From NCBI RefSeq assembly GCF_018977255.1, contig NW_024704742.1, positions 124,498,001 through 124,562,000 on the forward strand: a stretch of 64,000 nt of DNA, given 5' to 3'. The notes beneath the pieces are model-generated. The model saw nothing but the letters and a program-made list of their open reading frames with translations, searched no databases and had not been told where the DNA came from. This DNA is from Callorhinchus milii. Taxonomy: Eukaryota. Of this stretch, positions 27,588 through 40,525 are shown piece after piece (the stretch's first letter is position 1; each line of letters starts with the position of its first letter). The position numbers were made by a program, and so were the translations under genes.

Positions 27588-28311
27588 CATTATGTATTTA
27601 CAAATCCACATTATTACCTTTTATATACACTGCACATTTACATGATAGAAAAAAGTACAAAACTATATATTTAGATGAATTTAAAACTGTCATGTTCGAA
27701 AATATAAAATTGCATTCGCAACATATTTTTTTTAGCAAAATGAAAACCTGAACTGTTAGCATTATGTTAACACCTTTACAGACATGACTACTGGAGCAAT
27801 TGAGATTACAAACGGCCATGAAATTATAGTTTACCACGCAGCTGCAAAACATTTCCAGTTGACAACAAGTTCCAAAAATGGCACATTTGGTCAGTTATAT
27901 GACACGCTGTAAACAATATCTGAAGCCTTATTTACATCAGTGTGTAACATATTCCAATAAATAAATATACAGGGAAAACATGCAGGTGATACAGCTAAAA
28001 ATTGTTGTAACAAAACCAAAATGACAAGGCACATTTACAGCTATAGGAATGCAATTTACAGTTTGCAAGAAAAAGGTGTACTTTACAGACATCATACGTC
28101 ACAATAAATTAACGATAACACTGCTCTTCTGACGAATATATTTCTTCAAAACAGGTATAGTTAACCAATTTTATGTATAAATTATAAAAACATGACAGTA
28201 TAAATAAAAATCTACGGGACTCAACTATGTATACTTCTTCAAAATAAATAAGCGTAAAACATATTTACAGATAAGTACAGTGAATCCTTCCTCTTCCCAC
28301 AGGTGGAGAAA

Positions 28312-28391
28312 TTACCAGATCAGAAACGAAGATTGAGGAAAGGTGTTATTTTCTTGATCATCATCTTCATCTTCGTCTTCTTCAGTTATGG
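28312..28391 (-). CDS. FST: Follistatin exon 6 (acidic C-terminal tail, FS315-type isoform)
   Basis: cccatag|CCATAACTGAAGAAGAC...TGGTAA; (S)ITEEDEDEDDDQENNTFPQSSFLIW*, resembling the mammalian [27 protein letters not shown] tail; absent from the ORF track. Total CDS 1038 nt = 345 aa. Confidence 0.92.
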
Positions 28392-29613
28392 CTATGGGGG
28401 AATATATGGTAGCTGTTGTATAAATAAGGATCACAACAGCGCAGAACCTCAGTGCATGTTTGAAAGCTCTTTCTGAACAGCCACAATAATCTTTTTATTG
28501 TGACCTGAGAATGAAGTTTATGACATTTGCTATTATGAAATAATTTTATAGAATACCATTACTGAAGTGAGTTCTGAAGAATCAATGGTCAGGCATTTGG
28601 GCAGATTCCTGTAATCACATAAAGAAAAGTGTTCTTGTGTTCTAATATTACTATTGTATTTGACCATTACATTTGTCAGTGCTACTAATGCCCTATTGTC
28701 TACTTTTAAAAGTTTTAAAGGTTAAACACAACTACAAAGGGTCTTTTAAAGATCATCATTGATCACTTCAGGTTCAAATTAAATACGTTATTGTGCTAAT
28801 CTATCTCCCCAAAGGCATTTTAATCCCAGAAAATATTTATTTCTTAAAATCATATGCCAGCCTTTTCAGGCCTCACTCACTACATTATGTTCATTGAAAA
28901 ACCTCTCATGATATTTATCACATTTAAACATCTCATTTAGATTTAGAATCAAATCAGGTGTAGAGCTGTAATTCCTCATTAGAAAAATCTGAGCACTATG
29001 TGATATGAAATTACATTCCGTGTTCAATTCAGAAGCAATATTCTTGTCGCTTTAACACCTACACAATCCCCTGACCTCAGGGAAATCAAACAAATGGGGT
29101 TTACAAATAAAATTTCTGGAAAAAAGGTTATATGGAAGAAAATCCTTGTACCCCTACCACTGCTTTTAGTAAATAAGATATGCAATGTATTACATGTCTG
29201 GGTAAAATATTGCAAAATTATAAATTGAAAATCAATCTACCAATGTAAAAATGCTGTAATAACAATAACGTCATGCCTTGTTTGGTCCACTACTTGGGAT
29301 TGTGTTTTTTTTAGACCTTATTATTTATCCAGAGGATAATAAATGGAATTCCAAATAAACTAGGTGTATATGAATGCCTCACAAATTCTCTAATTGGGTT
29401 CATTGAAATTGCACCTTCTCTTTTCAACCAAACCTCTCTTTAAAATGTTTGTCAGAAAAACAAGTTCAAAGGTTGATGTATGGCAGCAGTTTGCTTTCCC
29501 TGGCTCCTAACCATTGGAGACCATTATATTTGTCAGTCGATAAATTTAGGGTTCTTGTGAGGAATGAAATAAAATGCGAGTCTTAAATAATTTGGGTGTC
29601 AAAATGTACTTAC

Positions 29614-29841
29614 AATTACACGATCCGGTGTGTTTGATCTCCAGGATGGTGCCAGAGATGCAGGCAGAATTTTTCATCGCACACTCGTTGGGATAGGTGG
29701 TGTTGTCAGTGGCACAGACTGGCTCGTCTGAACGTCCACCCAGACACACGTCGCACACAGCACAGCGACCTCTGCCTAGCCGTCCATCCCACAGACACTT
29801 CTTCCCAGAGCTACATTGTATGTCTTCACATGACTTTGCTT
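29614..29841 (-). CDS. FST: Follistatin exon 5 (FS domain 3)
   Basis: ttacag|AAGCA...AATT|gtaagt; 228 nt, [18 protein letters not shown]...EIKHTGSCN. Confidence 0.97.
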
Positions 29842-31024
29842 CTGTAAAAGATAAAGGAAACATTTGAAAGCAAAGCCTTGGGATGTCCTCCTGACGTGAA
29901 AGATGCTATGAAAATGGAATTTGTTGTTGCTAGGAATAGTAATTATTTACTTTAACATGGTTAAAATTCATTCATTCCAGTAGCAACTAATTGCACATAA
30001 AAAGAAATAAGATTACAGAAATAATTCAAACCAAAAATTGCTTCATGCATCAATTACTGTGCATTGTGTACATTATAACTGTATTCAAATGTCATGAGGG
30101 CACTAAAAAAAATTAAAAAGTAAGTATTTATTCTTTTCCACTAGCTCTGACTTTAAACATTAAAAGTTGTCAATTCTGGTTTAAGTTGTCAATGGAAGCA
30201 TCAGCTTCATGTAGGAGTATACAAAATACCAGAAAGTGTTAAAATGCATTGTCCAAATTCAAGACAATGAACCAAATTCTTATCTCCTTATCCCTTTCTG
30301 ACCATCTGTGCTTCCTTTACATTAGCTAATGCAAACTACTAACACTGGATGAAACCACACTACAGGGTTGAGCTTCTAAACCATGCAGTTTGGGTTATTG
30401 AAACAAATTGAATTCTAATTCTAAAAGTATTGGGATAAGTCCGAGAGCCTTTGGACCATATTGAGCTTTTAATTGACATTTTACTGTTTGAAAGACTGGA
30501 TCGCAAATACTTGATTCGCAAAATCTGTCCTTCTCTTACTAAGTTTGCTCCAGAAGGATGCAATGGCGTAGGACTGTATTGGTCATTGATGCTGTTCATG
30601 CGTTAAAAAAAACTTCTTTAAACGTGTGGATCCGAAAAATTGAAAGGGTTGAACATAATTTTAAATATCTCATAATTGTCCAATGTCAGGTACAATCGAT
30701 TCCAACAGTGTCCTTTTTTTTGAGATCCCATAAAAAACATCAGAATTTGTTTTCATTTTTAAAAAAAGTCATTTAGGTGTGTGTGTGTGTGGTGGGGGGG
30801 GGGGGGGGGTGAATAAATCTCGCCATTAAATAAGAGCGGAATACATCGTTCGGCTCTCGATGCATTAAAAATAACTATTCGAAAATGCGAGTGTTTCCCA
30901 AGCGTTTGGTTTAATTGCAGAGGAGTTGCGGGTTGGCTGTGCAACACAGGACATCCCACATGCGTTCGTGTCTGCCTATAATGCTGTGCATTCTCCACTC
31001 TGTGAGGTCCTTGGGGGTACTCAC

Positions 31025-31252
31025 TTATACATGCCCCTTCGTAGGCTACTCCGATGGATCTGCCCAGCAGGCATGTGGCCCGTCTGAGATGGCAGGCACT
31101 GGCGTATGTGATCCCATCGTTGCCGCACAGATACTGCTCGGGACCGCTGGGCTCCGGGCAGATCCTCGGGTTACATGTCACACAGTAAGCACTGTTCGTC
31201 TGATCCACCACACACACCGAGCTGCCCGGACACAACACATCCCTGCAGGTCT
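31025..31252 (-). CDS. FST: Follistatin exon 4 (FS domain 2)
   Basis: cctcag|AGACC...ATAA|gtgagt; 228 nt, [26 protein letters not shown]...[18 protein letters not shown]. Confidence 0.97.
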
Positions 31253-31795
31253 CTGAGGGGCAAAGGCAATACAACACATCAGTATAAAAATTAGATATGC
31301 ACCTGCAGCAAGCAACCAAATGCAATATACTGCATATATATATATATACACACACACATACATACATCGATGTTCTATGGGAGGCATATATAATGGTTTC
31401 AGATAAGCATTCAGTAAAAAAAATATACATCTTCCACTTATATTGTTGCTCGGGTAGGAAAAGAGAATATTGTCAATCCAATCGGCGCGATTTCAATCCC
31501 AATCACTGATTTTGTTGCAAAAAAAAGAGAGAGAAAGATTTAACGCAACGTTTCATCAACCACGGACTGGTGTGGGAGGAAAAGTACAAACACAAATACT
31601 TTGGACTTGCTGTCTATCGGGGGAGTTGGAAAGAAAACGGTTCCATGGATTGAATGGTAAAATGAGGCTGAAATGCGCGCATTGCTGAGTGCTCCCACCC
31701 CCTCCCCTCTCCCACGAGAATTGAGCGTTACATGTGCAATCCCCCCTCACCCCCCACACCCCTCCCCTTAATTTCTATGCACTTGTTGCACGTAC

Positions 31796-32014
31796 TTTTG
31801 CATTTGCCTTGGTACTGGACTTCCAGCTCGGGATGGCCCTTGCATCTCGCCTTCAGAAGGGCGCACTCGTCCTTGTACGTTTTTCCATCAGTCCCACACA
31901 CTGAGCCCTTCCAAGTAACGTTGGAGCAGTCGGGTGCACAGACACACCGAGGCTTATTCTTCTTGTTCATCTTGCATCGTTTACCTGGACCGCAATCCAC
32001 GTTGTCACACGTTT
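31796..32014 (-). CDS. FST: Follistatin exon 3 (FS domain 1, heparin-binding)
   Basis: caacag|AAACG...AAAA|gtacgt; 219 nt, [32 protein letters not shown]...YQGKCK. Confidence 0.97.
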
Positions 32015-32415
32015 CTGTTGAAAAAAAAACCAAACAAAAAAATCCCCCCACGCGTTATCTTCAGCAAAATGCTAATTCTTCAACACAGCGACCAAGGTAT
32101 CCGACAGCTAACGCGTATCTTTCCGTTGCCTGGATTCAATTATTAAATATATCTACGCGTATAGTTATGTATCTTAAGATTTAGGGGGTGGTGGGGAAGC
32201 GCACAATCAATGGCTATCTTTATTGAGAGCCTCCACTGACTGCACCAGAAACGACCCGTGGCGAGAGAGGGAGAACTGAAAAGAAAAGGCTGCTGTATCA
32301 GAGTCGAGAGGCACATTTCACTCTCGTTGTGCAAAGACAGCGCAAATCTTGCGGGAGTCGAGAAACATAAAAGCCAGACGGACGGACGCAGTTCGTGCGC
32401 ACAGTGGTGGTGTAC

Positions 32416-32607
32416 CTTTGCACGGCATACACCCAGGAGCCCCGCCGTTGAAGATGATCCATCTGAACAGGGTGCTGGACGGCACATCGTCTTCTGTCCA
32501 CGCCGTGCCGAGCCTTCCGCTCTTACAGCACTCCTCCCGGCTGACCCGAGTCATGTAGAGGACTTGGCATTTGCCGTTTTTCGCTTGCTGTAACCAGCAG
32601 TTTCCAG
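32416..32607 (-). CDS. FST: Follistatin exon 2 (N-terminal TB domain)
   Basis: ttgcag|CTGGAAAC...AAAG|gtacac; 192 nt, (A)[17 protein letters not shown]...[16 protein letters not shown]...[12 protein letters not shown]. Confidence 0.97.
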
Positions 32608-34050
32608 CTGCAAAACACACACACACACACACACACACACCACACAGTGTCAGTCTCACTGCTCCAGATCGCAACACGTGCACTTCGCACTGACGCGACA
32701 GAGAGTCTTTTATTTCAACTCTTTTTTTTTCTTTGGGTCTCGGTTTGCAGAAACGGGCATCGGCTGCAAACGAGGGGGGGGGACAACGCTTCGCTTTACT
32801 TGTGCTGCGATTATTATTTATCACACCGTTCGAAGTGCGGTTGTCGGGTTTTGAGCAATGATTGCATTGCATTGCGTGTGGAAGTTAACTGGGCTCGGAT
32901 CTAGGACTGCAGAGCTCAGTCCTACCAAAAAAAAGGAGGGGGGGGAGGAAAAAATACGGCATTGATGCCAGAAAGGAAAGTGGACCCATTACAGTGAAAC
33001 CCAGAGCACAGCTTCGTGACTGGCGAGACACTCATCGGATGAGCACAACGTCTGGGAAAAATGACACTGCGGTTGACAGCGTCTGAGTTAAACGACATAA
33101 ACATCAGTTGTAATTATCTGGCAGGTACCATCCAATTGATGGTGCCATCCACTCACATGGGGGGGGGAGATCAGGAATAGAAACATTTGCTGTTTTTTTT
33201 TCTGCACCACTAATTCGTGGTTGAGATTCTTGATCTCTGCTGCCTCTCCTGGAGAGTCACACACAGCCCTCGTACACCAAATACCGAACGCCACAGACAG
33301 GACCCGGAGTTGCACACTTTTATTCAGTCTTCATAGCATTAAAGCAGAAGGCAATCGGGAACGACACACGTGCCTCTCTAATCATTTCCAACCGCACCAA
33401 ATAATCCCACCGGCTCCTGGACGGGGGTCGCTTGATTCGCGTGAAATCGCAACACGATTTACCTCCTCCAGTCCGACCGAACACCGATTCGTGTCGTGAG
33501 TCGATGGTCCACGAAGGTGATGGGACTTTCTAAGACACGATTCACCTACTGGAGGGTCTAACACCGGCTGTGAATGCTCACGGCCGCGATCGCGAACCAT
33601 TAACGCACTGAGAGCGAGTGCACCCACAACACACGCAGGACAGGTAACGCCAACACACTTTCACGCCCTCTGACCACATACTACAGACCGTCTGTGCCAT
33701 AAAGTTCTCGTGAATTTTTTTTTGGGGGGAGAGCACACCAACACGTGTGGCGGTATTCAAAATGCAACCGGACTGCATCGGACGGCCCGCAGACAACTTC
33801 CTCTGATCCCAAACGTGTTCATTTTTTTTTGGGGGGTGGGTGGGGGGTTACCACGGTTCGTCTCGGGGGATCGTTTGCAAATGTTCCCCCTCGTCCAAAG
33901 CGAGGATCCGAGAGGCGCTCGGGGGGGGGACGTGCACACATTCAACGTGGAGCGATGACTCTGAATCCAAATATACATCCACAATCCTTCTCCCTCCCCC
34001 CAACCCCCCACCCCACTCCCCCCCCCCCCCCCAAAAAAAAAAAAACTCAC

Positions 34051-34141
34051 CCTGCACTCCATGGTCTACGTTGGTGAGGCACAGGACGATGAAAAGCAGA
34101 AGGGTGAGCGACGCAGCTCTGTTATTTAGCATCCCGAGCAT
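34051..34141 (-). CDS. FST: Follistatin exon 1 (signal peptide)
   Basis: ATG at 34141, MLGMLNNRAASLTLLLFIVLCLTNVDHGVQ-G|gtgagt; hydrophobic signal peptide; phase 1 joins exon 2 (alternative ATG at 34132 possible). Confidence 0.88.
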
Positions 34142-34249
34142 CGCGGCCACTGGCAGTCAGTCACACCGGATAGCAGCGATCTGAGAGCACTCGGGCAAGT
34201 CCCGATCCGATGGCTGTGTTGAATGAACGTCAATCTGTGAATGCAGTCT

Positions 34250-34262
34250 GTCTTAAATATTT
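34250..34262 (-). promoter_or_regulatory. FST: TATA-like element (TATTTAA) upstream of the FST start
   Basis: atatttaag on the minus strand about 115 nt upstream of the ATG, within the CpG-retaining region (~30800-36400) that spans FST. Confidence 0.35.
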
Positions 34263-37200
34263 TTTTTGGCGGAAAGGGGTCTTGGCTGGTGTGTTCGGTG
34301 GGCGGTCTTCTGATGGCACGGTCCTGTGTTTGGCAGGATGGGGGAGGAGGAAGCGATCAAGAAAGTTAAGGTGGATGGAAACTTAAATCAGGTGACATTT
34401 CGCCGCCTTCCCTCGACTTCTGCAGTCGCAGATTTCAGTCCATAAGACCGTATAACCGCAAAACAAACCGATGCGGCGTCCGCACCGATTTTCCTTTCTG
34501 GGTGTGGATTTTGCTGTGGAATCGATCCGATTGCCCGCGTTTGCTTTCGAAACGTTCAACGCGATGTGTGGAAGTGTCCTTAATGCTATTTTTACACGCC
34601 GTGCGCTGTCTATTCCTAGATTTTCTTGTGCTGTTAAGTCGTCGGTAGCTTTAACATCGCAGTCAAATCATTTTTTTTTTTGAAAAAAAAGCCAAAAAGA
34701 AACCACCCAAGTTTGCAAATAATCTGCATTCGAGTACGGTACATTAGCAGATGTGTAGAACCCGAGGATCAATGTTAAACTTTCCCACCAACTCAGCTTG
34801 AAATTCAAATAAAGTTTTCAATCGTAACACAGGTTTCCAACGTCACTGTCGAAACTTCACCTTTCACGATCTGACGCTGTTGATATTTGCCCAGATTTAG
34901 GGAGTTTGCAGGTTGCATTTTAATCTGAAAACACGGCTTAAAAACGTGGTGATTATGTATTGCAAACCCTTCACCTTACGCTCAGTCCCCGACAGTGATA
35001 TGGGAGTGTTGGCTACATATCTTTAAAAGGCATTGTTTTCAGCGATTAATCATAATAAGGCGATGCAAAATAACACCATTAAAACGACGTGCGTTGGCAC
35101 CGTGTGCGCATCCAGGACACTCTCCGGGAGTGGGGAGGTATTTGAAAAACAGTTAGATTTAATGCCCAGATCTGGCAAAGTGACACGTCTATTACTGGAG
35201 TAGACTTCGCTCGTCTGTGAAACGCCACAGGCGGTCTCGGATTCTCAATTAAAGAGATTGGGACATCGAAAGTCGAACTTCAGCGCAGCGTTGCTCAATG
35301 AAGTCACTTTTGGCAGAGGGGACGTGCACGTTAGGCAATCTTTCGCTACGATATCACAGGAAACACACTTCCTTCTTTAATTGTGAGCCTTTTTTTTTGG
35401 TGGGGGTGGGGGGGGGGGGGGGCACTCTCACGTCGTTTAGTCCGTATCCCCCATCCCAAACAGATAAAGCTTGGGATCCAAGTTAGATGGCGATCACCCG
35501 GTCGCACCCAGGAAGAAATACAGCGGTGGGGGGGGAGACTTTTTAGTTAAGTGTGGCGATTTGACTGGAAATAACTCAGTGATAATAGACGGTTTCCACC
35601 AGCTGTGGGATATAGTGGTGATCTTTTAATAAAGACTTATTACAATAGGCTCTTAAGGCCCCTGTATGATAAATGCCAGAAATGCAGCCGATCTAATATT
35701 AGAGGACAGTTGTTTGGGTGCTTCAGTCTGTCTGTGCTGTGAGTAGTCTTCCGCACAAAACTGAGTTCAAAATAGACATCGCGCGATTAAAGCGATGTGG
35801 TGCCCTCTCGCACCAGGAAAATCACCTCTCAGCTCCGGCAATTCCGAGTAATGTGTTTTCGTTTTCCTGCCGTGAACACTATCTGTTCTTATGTGGATCG
35901 ATTTGGTGTGTTGTCCCAGAACTTATTGCTGGTTGCGATCCGATTTATATAAAAAAAGGTATACAGCCCCCTAACGATTAAAGGAAGGTAACTGCAGCTA
36001 AATTAGACGTCAGCAGCGATGTTTTCGGTCCGTGGTTAATTATCATCGATTTTTTTCGTCGCTTTTCAATCTTTGGAGTCCTGAACAATGAAAGATTGCT
36101 CTGTGTTTCACAGTTTAGCCGCTTATATCGGATGCAATCGACCTGCATTTGAATTTGACACATTCGGATAATGAAGACCATATAATAAATATGAACCAAT
36201 TTCCATCGATACACTTTCTTCAGTGAAACCTCGAGGTGACAAAGGATCAGCCAAAGCGTAGAGCCTGAGATGGTCTTTATGCCATAAAAACAATCTCGTT
36301 TTTATATAAAAACCTGGAGTGATCGACGACGCATGTATGTTATTCATTCATACTATCTGAATCGTACACTGAAGTTATTGTTCACCTTTTCTCCATTTAA
36401 GCATCGATCTTGCCAAAAAATAATCTATCAAATACACATGCACATATTGAACTCATGTCCTGTTTGTTTTTTTGCATCACTATAGCGATTAGCTTTAATA
36501 ATAAAAGCAAGGACAGCTGACAAAACAGAAGTTTCAGACACTGCATTAATACACCTGGCGAACAGCTATTACAGTACAGAAATATATTAAAAGAAAAATG
36601 ACACAGTGGCTATCGAAGCATATGAAGAACCTTATAGTAATTCAACCTATTGCGGTCGGGGGATTAAGTGCGAATTGGAGATGCCTGAAGATGTGTGGAA
36701 AGCAGAGGCAGCTGGCAAGGAGGAGAAGGAATACGGTAGAAACTCGAAAACATAAATAAAGGTAAACTTGATGAAGCAATGGGAGGACATTTGAAAATCT
36801 GGGAAACAGATCCCACGGATTACACCTCGTCACAGAAAAAAAAAAGAGAGGGAGGCGAGAAAAGAGAAAGAGAGTGGTGTCTCAGGAGACAGGAACAATA
36901 AGGGAGAAGAAACAAAAATGGAGAGAGAGTGAGTGAGGACACAAACTGAGAAAGAAACTGAGACAGAGGAGGAGATGAAAGACTGAAGCCTAGTTGTAGA
37001 GAACAGTCTGAGGAAAACAAAAGCGAGACCTCTGGAGGCCAAACGTTGTATGCACTTGGTTTGGACAAATGCAATTATTGTAGGAAAACTAACGGATTTT
37101 ATGTAAAAAAAACTATTCATGACAGCTGAGGTATTTCGTGATACCAATAGCTAATCCGTCCAAAAACATTTTTAACAATATTTCATGCGACTATCAACAA

Positions 37201-40200
37201 AATATTTAAATCGCTTGAGCGTGGAAATAATCTGATGATATATAAACCTTTATTAACTTCATATTATTTCAAACAACTGCATTTGATATTATAACAAGCC
37301 CTTTAATTTTGTATGGTAAATCAGTGCCACTGTTTCAATTATTTTTATTGTACAGACAAAATCTGTTTGATACTAGGACAAACTAGATTGCATTGTATAT
37401 CAAATGATTTGATCAAATAATCTTGGAATTCAGTTATTTCTTCTTATTTTCTGAAGTATAGTCTACAAGTTGAAGTCTAGCTTACTCATAAAGATAATTT
37501 ATACCCACAAGCTTTCATCGCAAGGTCTAAATAACAATTAAAAGGTTAAATATTCTCGCATTTACTGAATATCAAATGAATGAGCCCTAATTGTCCGTTA
37601 GGGGGTGTTATTTTACTGCCTATTGTATATATACGATACAGTATTTAATAAACAATACAACACTTCTTTTGCATTTTATCGTTAGAACATTGCGCTTTAA
37701 TGGGTTTAATTCATTATTTCAGGTCGACTCTCACCAACAGATGAAGGCAGATATGCTTCATGTAGTACTTTAAAGAATCGTATTGACCGTGAAAAAAAAC
37801 ACCAGGGAGAGGAGTCATTGTGTGACAACGAGATAAGTGACCCAAAACATCTACACTGTTTGGTTGACTTCACAAACAACTATGCAAACCTACAGTAAGT
37901 TAGACGCACATGGGGGTGCGGATGGGGGAGTGGGGTGGGGGAGGGGGGGGGACGGACGCGTAAAATGACTTAAAATGGTTTTAAGGGACCACTATTGGAT
38001 CCAAAACTAAGAGGGAACGCACAAGTGAAGTGGAGCAATGCGTTAAATCGTGGAGAAGTCGTGCTCGGGTGATTGGCAGAGTGGATAAGCTTTAAAACTC
38101 CGAAGGCGTCGCACTTATCTCGTCTGAATAGCTTCGCACCAATCAAGTCGTGCAATGGCGATTCGATAGAGAGCGCCGCTGAGTACTCCCAACTTCAACA
38201 TGAAGATGCACTTTGTTCCCGTCGATTCCCCCTCCGCCTTAAGTATAAGCTCCGCACGTTTCACTGAGGCTATTGCACTCTTGGAGACCAATAGGACCAA
38301 ATCAATCAATCAGACACACGCACTCACTCACACACTCACACACACGCACTCACTCACACACACATACATTATCCTCTGTGCATACTACACACAGAATAAA
38401 ATCACAATTGGATCGAAATGTCAGATTTCTCTATCGGTTTGCACTAACACAGGCAAAGTTCACGTGTGGCTTTAGGAAATATGAAACATCTCAAAACAGT
38501 CGCTGTATTTGTACTAACTGCACTGTTAGTTACAGACGTTATCATTTCGATCATTAAAAACTTAATCTGAGTTGTTGATTATTGACATTATTGAAAATGT
38601 CACTGTAATTATGTATATATATATAAAGAGTTTTGGTATATTGTGCATCACTTTGCTCTTTCGTGTGATGTATATTCAAACAATTAATTACACGGATCCT
38701 TCTATTTTATAACCAACAGAACATAACAGAAACAGTTGTGTGTATCATTAATCGACACGTGAGTGGCAACGATATGTCAGGTCCAGTTTCCAGTTTGGAA
38801 ATGCTTAAAGTAATGCATGTATAGACACACTGGTATATTACAGGGAAAGAGAGGAATGCAGTTTCACAAATCACACGGTGTTCATTAAATGTACATCACT
38901 GTCAATTATATGAAGTAGCACAGATAAGATTGACAACAGTCCATCTATAAAAGAGTTTAAAAGCATTTACGCAACTCTATGTCAAGAATGTATCATATAA
39001 AGAAAATGTGCCCTTTTAAACAACACAAACTAAAAGTGTTTAGCACTTACGTAATCTACTTACTTAGTCCATTTGTGATTAATATATAAATAAAATTAAA
39101 CCACTTGTGGACATACAAACACCACAGCGCAGTCTTATAATGTCTTGTACTGTATACATATTGCTTTTGTTTCAAACAAAACAAAACTATGAAACTAAAT
39201 TTATCATGGAAGTGAACTGGCTATTACTTCACCGTTATCTTGTAAACAATCACAAATTGACTGTTATCAGTGAACTGTCAATGGCATAGCGTTTCTAATT
39301 GTTAATGATCTTTTAACATACAGTGATGCGTTATTAATACATATTGGAACTTAGTTTTGTTCTTATTCTGTTGCTATTAACTTCTATCATAATGTCTTAT
39401 ACTTACATCTTACACCTCGCCTAAACAATCAAACGATGGCTCTAAACTTAACATCGAATAAATATTTTCTGGATCTCTATTAGATTCTAAGCACATAACA
39501 AATCAAATTTTACAAATAATTTTGAAAAATAACATCAGTTTTTTCAGACAAAATGCCACGAAGTATCTAAATAAATAATCTTGCTTTATCTCTTATTTTT
39601 CAGAGATTCGAAAACCCAATTCCAATGTACTCTTCCCTTGCTTGAAAATAACTCATAATCACAAGAAATCTGACTACTGTGACAAGTGATTGTGCAAATA
39701 CTCGAGAGCCTTTATTGTTATTTAGTCTTCTGTGAATCAAAGTTTACAAACAGCATAGTTTGAGGTTCAAGGGCAGGCGCTGGTGACACCTGTGAAAAAG
39801 GTAATTAGGAACCAACTGAGCATTTGAAAAGTGTAAACTTAAAACAGTGAATTGGATCGCCAGAAGACACTTTGAACTGTATTAAAACCTTTGTCACTCA
39901 ATATTATACTGTACACCAAAGTCGTGTTCCTTCTCGGTGCATTGGGAATGTGTCTACATTTTGATCTGCTCACTACCTCAATGCTGTGAGTCATCAGATC
40001 ACAGATCGCCAATCCGCAGACAAGCCAAGCTTTTTGTATAAAAGTACATGCAAACCCAGGACAGTTTGCCTGATCCGCATTGTGCCATGTTTATACGTGT
40101 TCGACCACTACTGCTGTATACGTTTTATACGTTTAAATCACTGCTTTGCAAATCATTCCATGTAACGTCAACTTACAGGTATTAAACGTAATTTCTTGAT

Positions 40201-40525
40201 CTCCGCCTTGACACATTCTACCCCTCAAGGCAGACTCCCAAATAGTCATAGTTGCCCATGATCATTGCCTTCTGACTCCACAATCCACCGTCACCGCAAA
40301 AGCAGATACCCCCGAATAAACCAAGGTGCTCGAGTATAACATCAATGACATACAATTACAATTACAAAAAGAAATCTTATGCAAAAATGTTGGACCAACA
40401 CAATTCACATTCAACCCTCCTCAAAAGGTCTCTCTTGTGTCACCGCAAAGGCGCCCATGTCAAAATGAAGCGTTTGATGAACCACTGTAAATGTTTCTAC
40501 AGCCAGAAACATCATTCCATTAAAA

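Noticed and set aside
36835..37010. Purine-rich GA tract, and the CA/CACT repeat at 38313-38365
   Set aside because: Ordinary low-complexity sequence, with no evidence of function from sequence alone.
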